Notes: a model not told the origin generated them from the letters alone. Positions 36,058-46,231 are shown, numbered from the stretch's first letter. The stretch: DNA of 64,000 nucleotides from Candidatus Uhrbacteria bacterium (GCA_016844925.1 JAERTI010000038.1:2936-66935); one strand, 5' to 3'. Numbers and translations: made by a program.

Positions 36058-36453
36058 ATGAACAGATTCGGATTATTCAGGAGAGGTCCTGAGGCACCCT
36101 CACACGAAACTCCGCCAACTCAACCTAAGGTAGAGTCGGAAACTCCTCCAGAAGTGGAGAAAACCGCTGCGGAAAAGAATAAGGAGATTATGATTGACGC
36201 CATTGCAGAAAATTTTTGGAATTTGGGCATGACACAGGGGATGGGGGGATCTGTTGAAGAAAGAAAAGCTGCGGCAAGAAGCATGGCCGAAGAAGCTCTT
36301 GGAATGGTGCCGAGCAAGTACGAGACGTTACCGACACAAGAGTTGAACCAGAACAAAAGTTTCTTGGTAGCCGAGGCTGTTCGGCTTTATCAAGAATCAA
36401 AAGAGGGTGATGGAGATGTTGGGGCGGAAGAGGAGGCGTTGGCGGCTAAGTAA
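36058..36453 (+). CDS. hypothetical protein (131 aa)
   Basis: Backbone GC; complete ORF; no motif recognised. Confidence 0.5.
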   Translation: MNRFGLFRRGPEAPSHETPPTQPKVESETPPEVEKTAAEKNKEIMIDAIAENFWNLGMTQGMGGSVEERKAAARSMAEEALGMVPSKYETLPTQELNQNKSFLVAEAVRLYQESKEGDGDVGAEEEALAAK

Positions 36454-36628
36454 TGCTTGTTTATTGAGCGTTCTTGGCTCAGGGTCAAGGGTTTAATGAA
36501 TGGATTCAAGACGCCTGTCACAGTTGTGGCGGGCGCTATTTATTTTGAATCGATTTCACTGCCCCTTGTAACAAGTTACCTTCTTTTGGTTAGTATCTTT
36601 ATACTGTTATTAATGAGATCTATTCTTT

Positions 36629-36907
36629 ATGGATAAACTTATGAAAAAGAACTTACTTTTCCTATTTTTGGGACTCCTTATGATCTTTGCTGTTGTGGCC
36701 TTGATCAGTGCAGGTGGCTCACAAGAGGCTGTGGTGGAGACTGAAGAAACAACTACCAGTACTTCAACTGACACCGTCACACCTGCTTCAACGATTCAAC
36801 AAAAAGATTTTTCATCAGACGGGCCTGGTGGAGAACTGTCAGATGTAGATCAACTAGAGATTCAATGGGGGCTTCCTGGAGATGTGCCGGTCCCAGGCAC
36901 GTATTAA
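36629..36907 (+). CDS. small secreted Thr/Ser-rich protein (92 aa)
   Basis: Signal peptide MKKNLLFLFLGLLMIFAVVALISAGG. Promoter TTGTAA-N17-TTAGTAT upstream. Terminator at about 36908-36950. Confidence 0.55.
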   Translation: MDKLMKKNLLFLFLGLLMIFAVVALISAGGSQEAVVETEETTTSTSTDTVTPASTIQQKDFSSDGPGGELSDVDQLEIQWGLPGDVPVPGTY

Positions 36908-37204
36908 AAAATCACTAAACCACAGTATGTAGAGCTGTGGTTTTATGTTTGCTGTACAAGTTTTTAGTGGCGGAATACGTTGACAAAAGCGTTAAAAAAT
37001 GGTAGTCTCCTTTCCTGGCTTACAATCTGGAACCCACTCTTTCTTCCGTGGAGGAGTGGATACCGATGGGTACTAGAATCCCCAAAAAGCATTCAGAAAC
37101 ACGCATTAGCGGTTCTCCCTCTGTGAGGGATTTAGGACAATTAGTGCGTGTTTTTGGTCACGGAGACCATTGAATGCGATCAAGCCTTCAGTCCAAGAGA
37201 CAAC

Positions 37205-37765
37205 ATGAAGCGTTTTCTGATCCCCATGACCCTTATCCTTACCTCCTGCTTCGAGGGGGGTGCGAGTTTCCCCCTGGGGAAGAGTGGCTACTGCATGGGT
37301 GTTGGTCTGGGAACGGGAGAGGGGAAGCTCGAGTGGCTCGACATCGAGCTCAACGAGTGCATCCCGGAGGGATACTACGGCTGCGACCAGATCGACGTGA
37401 ACTACGATGGGGCCTTCGGTGGAGCGAGTTGCCAGGGGGCGTACGACTTCCCGGATTCCTACACCATGAGCTTCGTCACGTCTCGAGAGGTGACCCTCGC
37501 TGTGGTCTCGTGGGAGACGGACATGATGGACAGTTCTTTCAACGAGATCCTGTACCCTGTCTGGGTGGGTGATTCGAACTACGAGTTCGTCATGCACTTC
37601 CCGAACCCTGGGTACGGATCCGACGGTGACCAGATCGACTACAGCATCGACGTCTACATCGGCAACACGCTGATCGCTGACCCGGTGGTCAGCGCGACGC
37701 TCGACGGCGTCCCCGAAGACGTCGACTACGACGCACGAGACCGCGAGTACAGCTCGAGGTGGTAA
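37205..37765 (+). CDS. lipoprotein, hypothetical; high GC
   Basis: ATG at 37205 gives the lipobox MKRFLIPMTLILTSC. About 170-nt leader containing a 35-codon uORF. Confidence 0.55.
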   Translation: MKRFLIPMTLILTSCFEGGASFPLGKSGYCMGVGLGTGEGKLEWLDIELNECIPEGYYGCDQIDVNYDGAFGGASCQGAYDFPDSYTMSFVTSREVTLAVVSWETDMMDSSFNEILYPVWVGDSNYEFVMHFPNPGYGSDGDQIDYSIDVYIGNTLIADPVVSATLDGVPEDVDYDARDREYSSRW

Positions 37766-37887
37766 ACAAAGACAGGGTCACTACGACCCACACGGCCGTC
37801 ATCTGCCCTCGCGCAGCTGACGGTTTTGTCTTTATCGAACTTGGTCGTTTTTTTGCAAGAATCTTTGAGGACTACTCGTTGAGGGAT

Positions 37888-38832
37888 TTAACCTTGAATG
37901 GCAAAAAGTATAAGGGAGACATAGTAGGCCCCATAGAGACCTGCGCAGATAAGCGCTTCACGTTTAGATAATTTTGCGCGTGAATAGAGCATTGTCAAAA
38001 TAACGAGTGAGGCAATAAAGAGATAGGGAAAATCAAACATGAGCAACCGCTTTTCAACAACAAAGGTGGAGATGGTTGTGGCAACACCTGTGGTCAGGAG
38101 AATATCTATAATGTTGCTTCCAATCAGGCCAGAGACGGCCATCTCTGCGCTCTTTCGTCGAAAGGCTGAGAGTGTTGTGGCGAGCTCGGGGAGACTTGTT
38201 CCCATTCCCACGAGAAGCGCTCCAATGATTGAGGTAGAGACGCCGAGCTGGATGCTGATCTCAAGAGCGGTTGAGATCGTGAGTGAGGATGCCCAGATGA
38301 GCAGGATAAATCCACCTATGATGGAGACGATCGACCATCCGATATTGACGTGTGTGGCCGTGCGAACTTTTTTTACAAAGCCTTCTTCGCGAACCAGGAG
38401 TAAGAGGTAGAGCCCATAAAGAATGATCATGACGAGGCCTTCTGGACGAGAAAGTGTTCCGTTGAGTGCAAATAAAAATAACAGGAGGATAGAGGTGCAC
38501 ATGACGATCCCGTCGCGGAGAAGAAGTTTTTTTCGAATGACCGTCACACCGAGAAAACCGGCGACTCCCATCATGAGTCCCATTTGACTCATGACCGTTC
38601 CCAATGTTTCCCCAAGGACAAGACCTGAGGTTTCCACGCCTTGCAGGCGCTGGATGGCCGCATTGATTCCCACAACAAATTCTGGAAGGTCAGTTCCAAA
38701 AGCCAAGATGGTTAATCCAAAAAAGACACGGGAAATTTTAAAACGATCGGAAAGCTCGATGGAGGCACGGATGGCGAGCTCGGCACCAATCCAGAGTCCA
38801 AGGATTCCGAGCGCAAGATAGAAGAACGGCAT
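37888..38832 (-). CDS. Ca2+/cation antiporter (CaCA/YrbG family)
   Basis: Two alpha-repeat halves with GTDLPEF and GTSLPELAT motifs; 10 TM helices. Confidence 0.75.
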   Translation of the reverse strand: MPFFYLALGILGLWIGAELAIRASIELSDRFKISRVFFGLTILAFGTDLPEFVVGINAAIQRLQGVETSGLVLGETLGTVMSQMGLMMGVAGFLGVTVIRKKLLLRDGIVMCTSILLLFLFALNGTLSRPEGLVMIILYGLYLLLLVREEGFVKKVRTATHVNIGWSIVSIIGGFILLIWASSLTISTALEISIQLGVSTSIIGALLVGMGTSLPELATTLSAFRRKSAEMAVSGLIGSNIIDILLTTGVATTISTFVVEKRLLMFDFPYLFIASLVILTMLYSRAKLSKREALICAGLYGAYYVSLILFAIQG

Positions 38833-38953
38833 AGGGTCTTTTGGAAGTAAGGCTGTTTTTATTATACAAGCTTTCGGAGCTCTTGTTTTGAAATGAACGA
38901 CTGGAGAGGTTCATGTTATGATGTTTCTGAACTAAGACAATCTATTTTGATCT

Positions 38954-39412
38954 ATGCATATTCCAGAACAGTTTCTCGGCTACGATGAAAAGACGCTCAT
39001 TCTTGTTTGTGACAAAAAAATCGCAAAGTTCTACACGGCGTTCGATCGAGAGTTTCAGTCTCTTGAGCAATTGGAGAATGACCGATTGTCTCTGGATGAT
39101 ACTGAGCGGTACACGGCGGCTATTGCCGAGGGTAAGCTCACAAAAGGTCAGGATGAGTCGTTGAAAGATCGTGAAGGGCAGACATTCTATAAGCATTTGG
39201 CACAGGTGCTCTTCACAAAGAAGCAAGAAGGACTCTTTGATACGTTGATACTCGTCGTGCCTCAAGACGATAAGAATAATCTTGTTGGTGCCCTGCATTC
39301 TGAGGTGGAGAAAACACTCGACCGCGTGATTGGCAAGCAGCTCACAAAAGTTTCAGAAGATCAGCTCGTAGAGAAGATTGACGCAGAGCGTCGGTCAGTG
39401 GCCAATAGCTAG
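38954..39412 (+). CDS. hypothetical protein (152 aa)
   Basis: Complete ORF. Terminator hairpin at 39429-39461. Confidence 0.5.
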   Translation: MHIPEQFLGYDEKTLILVCDKKIAKFYTAFDREFQSLEQLENDRLSLDDTERYTAAIAEGKLTKGQDESLKDREGQTFYKHLAQVLFTKKQEGLFDTLILVVPQDDKNNLVGALHSEVEKTLDRVIGKQLTKVSEDQLVEKIDAERRSVANS

Positions 39413-39428
39413 ATGTAAACACCTGCTG

Positions 39429-39461
39429 AAAAAACCAATGGAATTAATCCATTGGTTTTTT
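39429..39461. terminator. terminator hairpin aaaaaccaatggaattaatccattggttttttc
   Basis: Perfect stem ccaatgg/ccattgg with an A-run before and a T-run after. Near-duplicate of 42037-42070. Confidence 0.75.
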
Positions 39462-39537
39462 CTTTTTCATGAGATAAGTTGAGCTCGATGTCACAAAATG
39501 AGGTCTAGGTGCATAGTACTTGTGTAGGCCTATTTCT

Positions 39538-40044
39538 ATGAATGAACAAGAAAAGAAAAACCTGTTTTTACGGGAATACTCTAATCTATTTGATTACGTC
39601 TATCGTTACGTTTGTTATCGCGTTCCTCAGAGAGAGGAGGCTGAGGATTTGGTCTCTGAGACGTTCTTGCAAGCGTATCACCGGTTATGGGATTTCGATC
39701 CCTCTCGGGGACAGTTGCGTCAGTGGTTGACGGGAATAGCGAAAAATAAACTGCTCATGCATTGGCGCCGGCGTGTGGTGAGTGTGGATTTGGATGCGGT
39801 TGCAGAGATTCCGGATGGGCAGGAGGGGGAAACGTTGGCACTGCTGGATCATAAGTTAATCGTCGAGAAGCTCTTGGATCATGTGTCTGACGATATGAGC
39901 GCACTCTTAGCATTTCGTTATGTCGATGGGTTGTCCTGCGAAGAGATTGCGGAGATTCTCGGGAAGGAGGCGGCGGCTGTGAGGAAGAGTTTCTCTCGGC
40001 TGCATAAAAAACTTCAGAAGGTTTACGAAGAACACTATGCTTAA
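39538..40044 (+). CDS. ECF-subfamily sigma-70 factor
   Basis: Region 2 (ETFLQAYHRLWDFDP) and region 4 (LSCEEIAEILGKEAAAVRKSFSR). Confidence 0.75.
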   Translation: MNEQEKKNLFLREYSNLFDYVYRYVCYRVPQREEAEDLVSETFLQAYHRLWDFDPSRGQLRQWLTGIAKNKLLMHWRRRVVSVDLDAVAEIPDGQEGETLALLDHKLIVEKLLDHVSDDMSALLAFRYVDGLSCEEIAEILGKEAAAVRKSFSRLHKKLQKVYEEHYA

Positions 40045-42031
40045 GAAAACTTTTACTGAGCGTTACGAGCGTGACCTCAAGTCGATTACCGTGAATGAAA
40101 ACTTGAAGCAGCAGATTGCTTCACAGCTTCAAGTTGAACAAGATGTTCCTGTAAAACAGAAAGCACCTTTACTTACATTAATGCGACCGCTCTTAGGGGT
40201 CGCTGCTACGGCTCTGGTGATTGTGTTGGTTGTTGGGATAGATGCAGAGCAGAACGTAAGCGTACTACCATCTTATGGTGAGCAGGTGGATGATTGGATG
40301 AGTAGAGAAACGGCGGAGTCTGGCGGGGGTAGTGGTCGGGCACTGAGTAATTCTTCTGGATTGGGTTCAGGTCTTAGCTCCATGGGAGGATTCCTCGATT
40401 CATTTTCTGCCACAACTTCATTAGGCTCTGGTTCGGCGCTTTCCAATGAGGCGATCGTCGAGTCTGACTCCATTGGGTTCTCCGTTGGCGGATCAAAGGA
40501 TGTCGATAGTTTCCGTACGAACATTGAGAACGGCTATCTCCCACTGATCGATTCGATTACTTATGAGGGGCTGTTCTATGAATACTTCTTTGAGACAGGT
40601 GCTGCAAAGGAATGCGATGAGTTGTTCTGTCCGTCGTATGCGCAGGCTGTCTCACGAGACCCTCTTTCAGGTGAGGAGGAGTATTACCTCGCGGTCGGTC
40701 TGAACTCCGGTATGAAAGAATCTGATTTTGAGCGGAAGAAGTTAAACTTGGTAATCGTGATGGATATTTCAGGGTCCATGAGTTCGCCGTTCGATCAGTA
40801 TTATTACGACGCTCACGGAAACTACATTGAGGCCGAAGGATACACGTCAGACTCAAAAATGCAGGTGGCGAATGAATCCGTCGTGGGACTCCTTGATCAC
40901 CTCAATGCAGATGATCGTTTGGGAGTCGTGCTGTTTAATAATGGGGCGCATGTAGCAAAGACTGTTCGTTACATCGGTGAAACAGACATGGAGGCACTTC
41001 AGGGGCACATTCTGGACATCAGTCCGGACGGTGGGACAGATATGTCAGAGGGGATGGAAGCGGCGAGTGATTTACTTGCTGAGTTTGAAGGTGTCGATGC
41101 TGATGAGTACGAGAACAGAATTATCTTCATCACCGATGCTATGCCAAACAGTGGTGAAACCTCAAAGGGTGGACTCTTCGATATGGTGGAAGATAATGCC
41201 GACGATGGAATCTATACAACCTTCATTGGAGTGGGGGTAGATTTTCAGGCTGAGCTTGTCGAATCTATGACAAAGGTGCGAGGAGCGAACTATTATTCTG
41301 TGCATTCCTCGAGTGAGTTTAACGAGCGTATGGACGAGGGGTTTGAATACATGGTCACGCCACTTGTGTTCGACTTAGAACTTACGCTTGAGGCAGAAGG
41401 GTATGACATTGAGAACGTCTACGGCTCTCCTGAGGCGGATAAATCTACCGGAGAGATTCTCTATGTGAACACGTTGTTCCCCTCAAAGACGGAAGGGGGA
41501 GAGACACGTGGAGGATTGGTCCTCTTGAAGCTTACGAAGACATCCGAGAATGGAGAGATAAGGCTAAGCGCGAAGTACGAGGATCGTACTGGTGATACAT
41601 TTTCTCACTCGTCGGAGATTGAGTTTGAAGATGTGGAAGCTGGGTCCTATGACAACATGGGCATCCGCAAGGGGATTCTGCTCTCACGGTATGTCGACCT
41701 CATCAAAAATTGGATCATCGATGAGCGCGGAGCTGTGGTGTATGGTGGGGAGGTGGAAGTGAGTCTCGATGATGAGGTGGGTATTATTGCGCCAGATGAT
41801 ATTCCTACGGGGAGCCAGTGGGAACAGACGTCGGTTCCACTCTCTGTCTCAGGGGGCTATCAGGAGATATTTGAACTGTTCTCCGAGTATCTACAATGGG
41901 AGATTGAGGAGATTGGCGATGAGGAGCTCGAGCAGGAGCTTGAATTGCTAGATCTTCTTTTGGACGATGTTGAATATGATGAGGTTGAAGACGGGGTATC
42001 AGGCAACTTCTTTGATGACTGGGATTTTTAG
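40037..42031 (+). CDS. membrane-anchored anti-sigma-like protein with a vWA domain
   Basis: Overlaps the ECF sigma gene by 8 nt. Single TM helix LLGVAATALVIVLVVGI. vWA MIDAS start LNLVIVMDISGSMSS. Confidence 0.65.
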   Translation: MLKKTFTERYERDLKSITVNENLKQQIASQLQVEQDVPVKQKAPLLTLMRPLLGVAATALVIVLVVGIDAEQNVSVLPSYGEQVDDWMSRETAESGGGSGRALSNSSGLGSGLSSMGGFLDSFSATTSLGSGSALSNEAIVESDSIGFSVGGSKDVDSFRTNIENGYLPLIDSITYEGLFYEYFFETGAAKECDELFCPSYAQAVSRDPLSGEEEYYLAVGLNSGMKESDFERKKLNLVIVMDISGSMSSPFDQYYYDAHGNYIEAEGYTSDSKMQVANESVVGLLDHLNADDRLGVVLFNNGAHVAKTVRYIGETDMEALQGHILDISPDGGTDMSEGMEAASDLLAEFEGVDADEYENRIIFITDAMPNSGETSKGGLFDMVEDNADDGIYTTFIGVGVDFQAELVESMTKVRGANYYSVHSSSEFNERMDEGFEYMVTPLVFDLELTLEAEGYDIENVYGSPEADKSTGEILYVNTLFPSKTEGGETRGGLVLLKLTKTSENGEIRLSAKYEDRTGDTFSHSSEIEFEDVEAGSYDNMGIRKGILLSRYVDLIKNWIIDERGAVVYGGEVEVSLDDEVGIIAPDDIPTGSQWEQTSVPLSVSGGYQEIFELFSEYLQWEIEEIGDEELEQELELLDLLLDDVEYDEVEDGVSGNFFDDWDF

Positions 42032-42036
42032 CCCAT

Positions 42037-42070
42037 CAAAAAACCAATGGCATTGCCCATTGGTTTTTTG
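42037..42070. terminator. bidirectional terminator caaaaaaccaatggcattgcccattggttttttg
   Basis: Same ccaatgg/ccattgg stem as 39429-39461. Lies between the anti-sigma gene (+) and the deacetylase-like gene (-). Confidence 0.75.
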
Positions 42071-42076
42071 TTTATT

Positions 42077-43243
42077 CTATTGTGGACATTCTCCCACACG
42101 CTCACACATGTAGTCAGAAACGGTCATGCCAACAAGGAAATCTCGGCTTGCTAACTCCTGAAAGAATGCGTCGAATGCATCAGAGTTTTCTTCGTTCGTG
42201 TCATAGTCCTTGGGGTGGAATACAACATTGATGACACTTGTTGGATCAATGGTTTCTGGATCCAGGGCATCAATGACTTGGAGGATATGTGTCGAGACAG
42301 TCTCGGTGCAGCTGCCAGTTTGTGCCCCAATCCACGTGTGGCCGATAGAGGTAATACCTTGGCCTCGGAGAATGCGTGGAGTGTTTGGGAGCGAGACGGT
42401 GGACCATGTTGGTCGACCACTTGGGCAGTGATTGTTGGGGTCATGAAGCTCTTCGCTGTTGGGGTTGTTGCCATCGTCTCCTGTTTGGTAAATCCATTCT
42501 GGTTGACGATCAACGATGAGGTCTGTTCCTTCAACGGTTCTCGCTATGTGCCCCCATGCATCTTGCCAGTCATTAATAATCTCCATGTACTCATCCATTG
42601 ATTGTGTTTCAAGGTCTGAGTAGATCGAGTGACCGTGTGCTGCTTCTGGGTCGTCGCTGTACCCGTCCCAGTCATTGTGTGTGAAGCCGTGTCGGTGAAT
42701 GGCGAGTTCATGACCGCCGTCGATCATGGATTGAGTGATGGCTATCCCTCTTTCTGATTCAGCAAGGCGCGTGATCCAGTGGATCTGATGCTGAAACGTT
42801 CCTTTGAGGCCAGCATCATCCAGTGCGGCGATCATGCGTTCTAAGCTATCGAGGGAATCTTCCCATTCTTCTTCTGTGACACATCGGGCGCTGGTGTCGT
42901 CACAGACACGAGAAGATGATGATTCCATGTGTATTGAGAGCAAGACAGGGATACCTTCGTTGCTCGTTTTTTCCTCGAGGGTCGGTTCTTCTTCATCAGG
43001 TGGTTCATCGGGTTCAGTTTGTGGTGTGCTCTCTTTTTCTGGTGGCTGGTCAGTGTTTGTTACGACATCTTCGGTAGTTGGTTGGTTTTGACTTGAGACA
43101 TAGAGCCAACCCAATCCTCCGATGATGAGCACGAGGACGACGACGATACCTACGAGTAGTCGCGTGAGATGTTTCTCTTGCTCTGCCTCATTGTCATTAT
43201 TAAGATTCGATGTTTCTTGTGTGGGTGCGTCAGATTCGTTCAT
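42077..43243 (-). CDS. membrane-anchored protein, polysaccharide-deacetylase-like (tentative)
   Basis: N-terminal TM helix, acidic linker, then GGHELAIHRHGFTH-type histidine motifs. Confidence 0.4.
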   Translation of the reverse strand: MNESDAPTQETSNLNNDNEAEQEKHLTRLLVGIVVVLVLIIGGLGWLYVSSQNQPTTEDVVTNTDQPPEKESTPQTEPDEPPDEEEPTLEEKTSNEGIPVLLSIHMESSSSRVCDDTSARCVTEEEWEDSLDSLERMIAALDDAGLKGTFQHQIHWITRLAESERGIAITQSMIDGGHELAIHRHGFTHNDWDGYSDDPEAAHGHSIYSDLETQSMDEYMEIINDWQDAWGHIARTVEGTDLIVDRQPEWIYQTGDDGNNPNSEELHDPNNHCPSGRPTWSTVSLPNTPRILRGQGITSIGHTWIGAQTGSCTETVSTHILQVIDALDPETIDPTSVINVVFHPKDYDTNEENSDAFDAFFQELASRDFLVGMTVSDYMCERVGECPQ

Positions 43244-43346
43244 AGATGTTGTAACAATAAGTGTATGTTCGTGTTCATATACATCAGTATAGCAAGAAAG
43301 TTACATGCTATACTTCGATTAACTTTTTCTTTTTCAAAATGATTCT

Positions 43347-44933
43347 ATGTTGCGCAAGTCCGTTTTTACTCTCTTGGTCATGGCCATAGGTGTGATCAGT
43401 TCCTTTGGTCTCGTTCGCGCCTACGACGCGGAGCTCGCAGAGCGTCTTCATGGCTACATTCTTCTTCAGGTCGAAGAGCATGGTGAGGCCTGGTTTATTC
43501 GCTCATCAGACTCATTGCGCTACTACATGGAAGACGGAGATGCAGCGTACACGATGATGCGATACTTCAGTCTTGGAATTACTGATGAGGATTTGGAGAG
43601 TATTCCATCTGTTGAGGACACATCTGAAATGCTCTCAGCTGAGTCTGTGTGTGATTCAAATGATCTTGCGAGCCGGCTGGCCGGAGAGATTTTGTTGCAA
43701 GTCGAGCAAAACGGTGAGGCTTGGTATGTCTATCCTGGCACGTGTCGCATGATTTACATGGCAGACGGAGATGAGGCTTACACCATCATGCGTTACCTCG
43801 GGTTGGGTATTACAAATGGAGACCTTGAGCTTATTGAAGAGGGGGTCTTGGCGGTCAATGAATACAAAGATTATTCTATTTCTATTTATCCTGATTATTC
43901 AGAGCTCGAGACAGAAGATGGTTACAAGCCGTTCATTCCTTATGGCAATGGTCGCGGAGTACAAGTAACTTCATCGGCGATTGTGACCTTGCAGACCATG
44001 GAGGCGGGGCAAGTATCGGCCATTCAACACGGGCTCGAGGAAGAGGAGGTAACACAGGAGTCCGTTACTGTGGCCGACGGGTCAGGTATGGCGTTTTCAG
44101 CAGCGTCACTTTCCGAGGTGAATGACACACTTCTTGCCGTCTGGCTCTCTCCATCGGGGATCACCACGGGGTTTTCTGTAGATGGGGGAATGCAGTGGGG
44201 TGATGAGGAAGTTCTTACTGAGCGTCCAACAGGCCCATCGGTACCAAGCTCATGTCTTTGGCAGGATGATGAGGGAGAGCTTCGTGGCATGGTGGCCTGG
44301 GTTGATCCTCCAACAAGTGAGGATGGAGGCCCACTGTATGTCGCAGAGTACGAAGGAGGTGCTTGGGGAGATGCTGTGCAGGTGGGGGAAAGTGAGCTGA
44401 TCTCAAGTCCATCACTTGCCTGTTTTTCAGATCACCAGTCTATGGTGTTTCGTCAGGATGGTGACAGTGGCTTACATGTTCACTTCACGCAGCGTCGTGA
44501 CGGTGAGTGGGAAGACCCCGAAGAGATTTTGCTCGGAGCCGATCCACACATGGCAGAGTGTGGTGATGATATTTGGGTGGGGTATCACTGGAACGGTGCA
44601 CGCCGCGGTCACTCCAGTGATGGGGGAGATACGTGGACCTACGAGACCGTCGACAATTCAGGAAAATTTGGATCCATTGCTTGTGAAGGAAATATTGTAG
44701 CCTATCAGTGGGGAGATTACGCTTCGCGGGAGGCGGCAAATACAAAAGACAGTACACAGCGAACGGTCGGCGTTGAGTTGAGTTTCGATGGTGGGGAGAG
44801 CTGGGAGAGTTGGGAACCTGCCGAAGGTGAGATGGAGCAGAGTATTGCTTCTGTGGATGTGTATGACTCAGAGGTGATTATTTTCTGGCGTTCTCCAGAC
44901 AGCATTCGTATAAAACGTTATTCCGGTAATTAG
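43347..44933 (+). CDS. secreted protein with two about 60-aa N-terminal repeats and C-terminal BNR/Asp-box repeats
   Basis: Signal peptide. Internal repeat (ELAERLHGYILLQVEEHGEAWFI.. and LASRLAGEILLQVEQNGEAWYV..). Asp-boxes such as SFDGGESW. Confidence 0.6.
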   Translation: MLRKSVFTLLVMAIGVISSFGLVRAYDAELAERLHGYILLQVEEHGEAWFIRSSDSLRYYMEDGDAAYTMMRYFSLGITDEDLESIPSVEDTSEMLSAESVCDSNDLASRLAGEILLQVEQNGEAWYVYPGTCRMIYMADGDEAYTIMRYLGLGITNGDLELIEEGVLAVNEYKDYSISIYPDYSELETEDGYKPFIPYGNGRGVQVTSSAIVTLQTMEAGQVSAIQHGLEEEEVTQESVTVADGSGMAFSAASLSEVNDTLLAVWLSPSGITTGFSVDGGMQWGDEEVLTERPTGPSVPSSCLWQDDEGELRGMVAWVDPPTSEDGGPLYVAEYEGGAWGDAVQVGESELISSPSLACFSDHQSMVFRQDGDSGLHVHFTQRRDGEWEDPEEILLGADPHMAECGDDIWVGYHWNGARRGHSSDGGDTWTYETVDNSGKFGSIACEGNIVAYQWGDYASREAANTKDSTQRTVGVELSFDGGESWESWEPAEGEMEQSIASVDVYDSEVIIFWRSPDSIRIKRYSGN

Positions 44934-44939
44934 AATCAT

Positions 44940-46187
44940 GTGACATCCCAAACAAAACATCTTATCGCCATCGTTGTTTTACTGATCGTGGCAATTGCTC
45001 TGGGTGCGGCGTACTACTTTAGATCTGCAGAGGGGCTGCAATACACCATCCCGCTTTTTGAAGAAGAGGTGGATTTGCTGGAACCCGATGTCGAAGATGA
45101 CCTCTCGCAAGAGCCCGTCGTCGAGGAAGAGCGCGCTCCTTCGATCTATCCATCCTATTCATTCATTGCTACACCAGACACGACGCGTCCCGGCGTGCCC
45201 TTTGGCAATGGGACAGGGGTGCAGATTGTTGACGATGCGATTGTGACAGTTCATTCAGAAAATAGAGCGCTCTACGTTACACGTCACCAGCTGATTGATG
45301 ATGAGGTTGTTGCTCAGAGCACTGAACTTTCCTATGAAGGATCGTGGTCAACCCCTGGAGCGCTTTCAGAATCTGATGAGTCCCTGGTGTTTCTCTATCT
45401 GACGGATAAGGGAATGTATACGCGTATGTCTGATGATGGGGGTTTGAGCTGGAATGAGCCAGTTCGTGTCGGAGAGAATCCGGTGGGCCCAGCAACACCA
45501 TCTGCGTGTCTGTGGCATGAAGATGGTGAACTCCGTTCGCTCATCGCTTGGGTTGCCCCTCCGCAATCTGGCGATGGTGGACCCGTGTATGTTGGTGAGT
45601 GGGATGGTGAGGGTTGGGAGGTTGTCGAAGTAGGTGACTTCTCTTATGCCTCAAGCCCGTCGCTTGATTGCGACGAGGGGCAGCAGTCAATAGTGTTGCG
45701 TGTGGCCGCTGAGGCGGGATCAACTTCTGAGATCGATCTCTACTTTGCCCGGCGAGATGCTGCAGGGAATTGGCCAGAGCCAGAATATGTCTTTGCTGGA
45801 GCAGATCCACATCTGGCTGTGTGCGATGAGCAATACTGGATCGGCTATCACCACAGGGGATACAGCTACGCTTCTTCACAGGATGCAGGCGAGAGTTGGG
45901 AGAAGACTTCTATTAGCACAACATCAAAGTTCGGTTCTATTTCATGTGATGGAGATGTCGTTGTGACGAGTTGGGGGCTGTGGCCGACACTGCGCCAGGC
46001 GAACGAGCGAGATCCTGATACAAGACAGCTGAGTGCACAAGTGAGTTTTGATAACGGTGAGACCTGGCAGAGCTGGGCACCAGTGGGAGAGGAGACGGGG
46101 CACGGTACGGCATCTTCGGATGTGGTTGAGGGGGCGATCGTTCTTTTTTGGAGATCACCAGAGGGCGTGCACGTGGCGACGTACTAG
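44940..46187 (+). CDS. secreted BNR/Asp-box repeat protein, paralog of the upstream gene
   Basis: Shares PSACLWHEDGELRSLIAWVAPPQSGDGGPVYV with the PSSCLWQDDGELRGMVAWVDPPTSEDGGPLYV of the upstream protein. Asp-boxes SDDGGLSW and SFDNGETW. Confidence 0.6.
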   Translation: MTSQTKHLIAIVVLLIVAIALGAAYYFRSAEGLQYTIPLFEEEVDLLEPDVEDDLSQEPVVEEERAPSIYPSYSFIATPDTTRPGVPFGNGTGVQIVDDAIVTVHSENRALYVTRHQLIDDEVVAQSTELSYEGSWSTPGALSESDESLVFLYLTDKGMYTRMSDDGGLSWNEPVRVGENPVGPATPSACLWHEDGELRSLIAWVAPPQSGDGGPVYVGEWDGEGWEVVEVGDFSYASSPSLDCDEGQQSIVLRVAAEAGSTSEIDLYFARRDAAGNWPEPEYVFAGADPHLAVCDEQYWIGYHHRGYSYASSQDAGESWEKTSISTTSKFGSISCDGDVVVTSWGLWPTLRQANERDPDTRQLSAQVSFDNGETWQSWAPVGEETGHGTASSDVVEGAIVLFWRSPEGVHVATY

Positions 46188-46194
46188 CGCGAGA

Positions 46195-46229
46195 AATGAA
46201 AAAGCATCAGATTAATCTGATGCTTTTTG
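46195..46229 (+). terminator. rho-independent terminator after the BNR paralogs
   Basis: aaaaagcatcagattaatctgatgcttttt. Confidence 0.8.
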
Positions 46230-46231
46230 TA

